Below are positions 31,344 to 31,633 of a stretch of 31,633 nt of DNA, piece by piece (position 1 is the stretch's first letter; every line of letters starts with the position of its first letter). This DNA comes from a virus. Location of the stretch: the IMG/VR virus record IMGVR_UViG_3300019471_000061, positions 1-31,633 of that record; one strand, written 5' to 3'. Made by a program: the position numbers and the translations under genes. The notes below the pieces were generated by a model. That model was not told where the DNA came from. It made no database searches and was given only the letters and a program-made list of their open reading frames with translations.

Positions 31344-31633
31344 TAGTCTTCCTCAATTCCAAAATAAATCTTCCAATCTCGCTCATTTTCTTTGATGGAT
31401 TTTTCAGCTTCTGCTCTGGTTTTGTAACGTACGATTTCTCCATCATCATAGTAATCAAGTTCACACACGGCGAGCGTTTCACATCCATGGTCATAATAGA
31501 CCATCCAGCCGCCTTTTCCATTCTTAAAATCTGGCTTAAAGTCTGACGTTCGTTGCAGTCTGACTTTGGCTAGTTTGCGTTCTCGGGCTCTTTCGCATTC
31601 TTTTTCAGTGCGATAAATCATACCCAGAGCTAG
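31343..31633 (-). CDS. C-terminal part of hypothetical protein, paralog A (wrap-around gene). 31507..31633 duplicates 1..127
   Basis: Open frame to the window edge. It continues in 128..445. Confidence 0.6.
   Translation of the reverse strand, partial: LALGMIYRTEKECERARERKLAKVRLQRTSDFKPDFKNGKGGWMVYYDHGCETLAVCELDYYDDGEIVRYKTRAEAEKSIKENERDWKIYFGIEED

Noticed and set aside
1-31633. CRISPR array, or tandem repeats suggesting a CRISPR-Cas system
   Set aside because: There are no regularly spaced direct repeats. The repeated elements found are inverted repeats, hairpins and seven dispersed promoter-terminator copies with unique flanking sequence.

Overview
The window is a complete, circularly closed temperate siphovirus genome of about 31.5 kb. 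The first 127 nt are identical to the last 127 nt, so the unit length is about 31,506 bp and one gene wraps across the window ends. Almost every gene is on the minus strand. The content looks Firmicutes-like: a Gram-positive-type holin, a CHAP endolysin, XhlA-like, YopX-like and GsiB/YciG-like (KGG-motif) proteins, and a membrane-anchored SNase nuclease with an Excalibur domain. In minus-strand transcription order the modules are: recombination genes (PD-(D/E)XK exonuclease and RecT) with small accessory genes; a packaging/head/tail late region (TerS, TerL, portal-MuF fusion, protease/scaffold, capsid, connectors, major tail, G/GT chaperone with a -1 frameshift, tape measure, Dit, Tal, three paralogous baseplate proteins, tail fibre); a lysis cassette (XhlA-like, endolysin, holin); and a tRNA-Thr plus XerC/D-sized tyrosine integrase module. 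Three observations stand out. First, the tail-fibre receptor-binding domain appears to be switchable by DNA inversion: a 19-bp perfect in-frame inverted repeat sits inside the fibre gene and at the head of a start-less, oppositely oriented alternative C-terminal cassette that abuts the fibre gene stop-to-stop (TAG|CTA). A third start-less cassette 3.3 kb away carries a degenerate copy of the same junction. This resembles the Mu G-segment or a shufflon, but no serine invertase is encoded. Second, seven copies of a conserved element precede every late unit and the lysis cassette: an extended -10 promoter (TGnTATAAT) followed about 10 nt later by a hairpin plus U-tract. This reads as a set of promoter-proximal terminators and suggests antitermination-type late control. 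Third, several structured non-coding elements are present: a 22-bp perfect inverted repeat between cistrons, a GC-rich roughly 150-nt leader on the recombination operon, and a structured 290-bp intergenic region. All product names come from motif recognition by eye. No database search was run.
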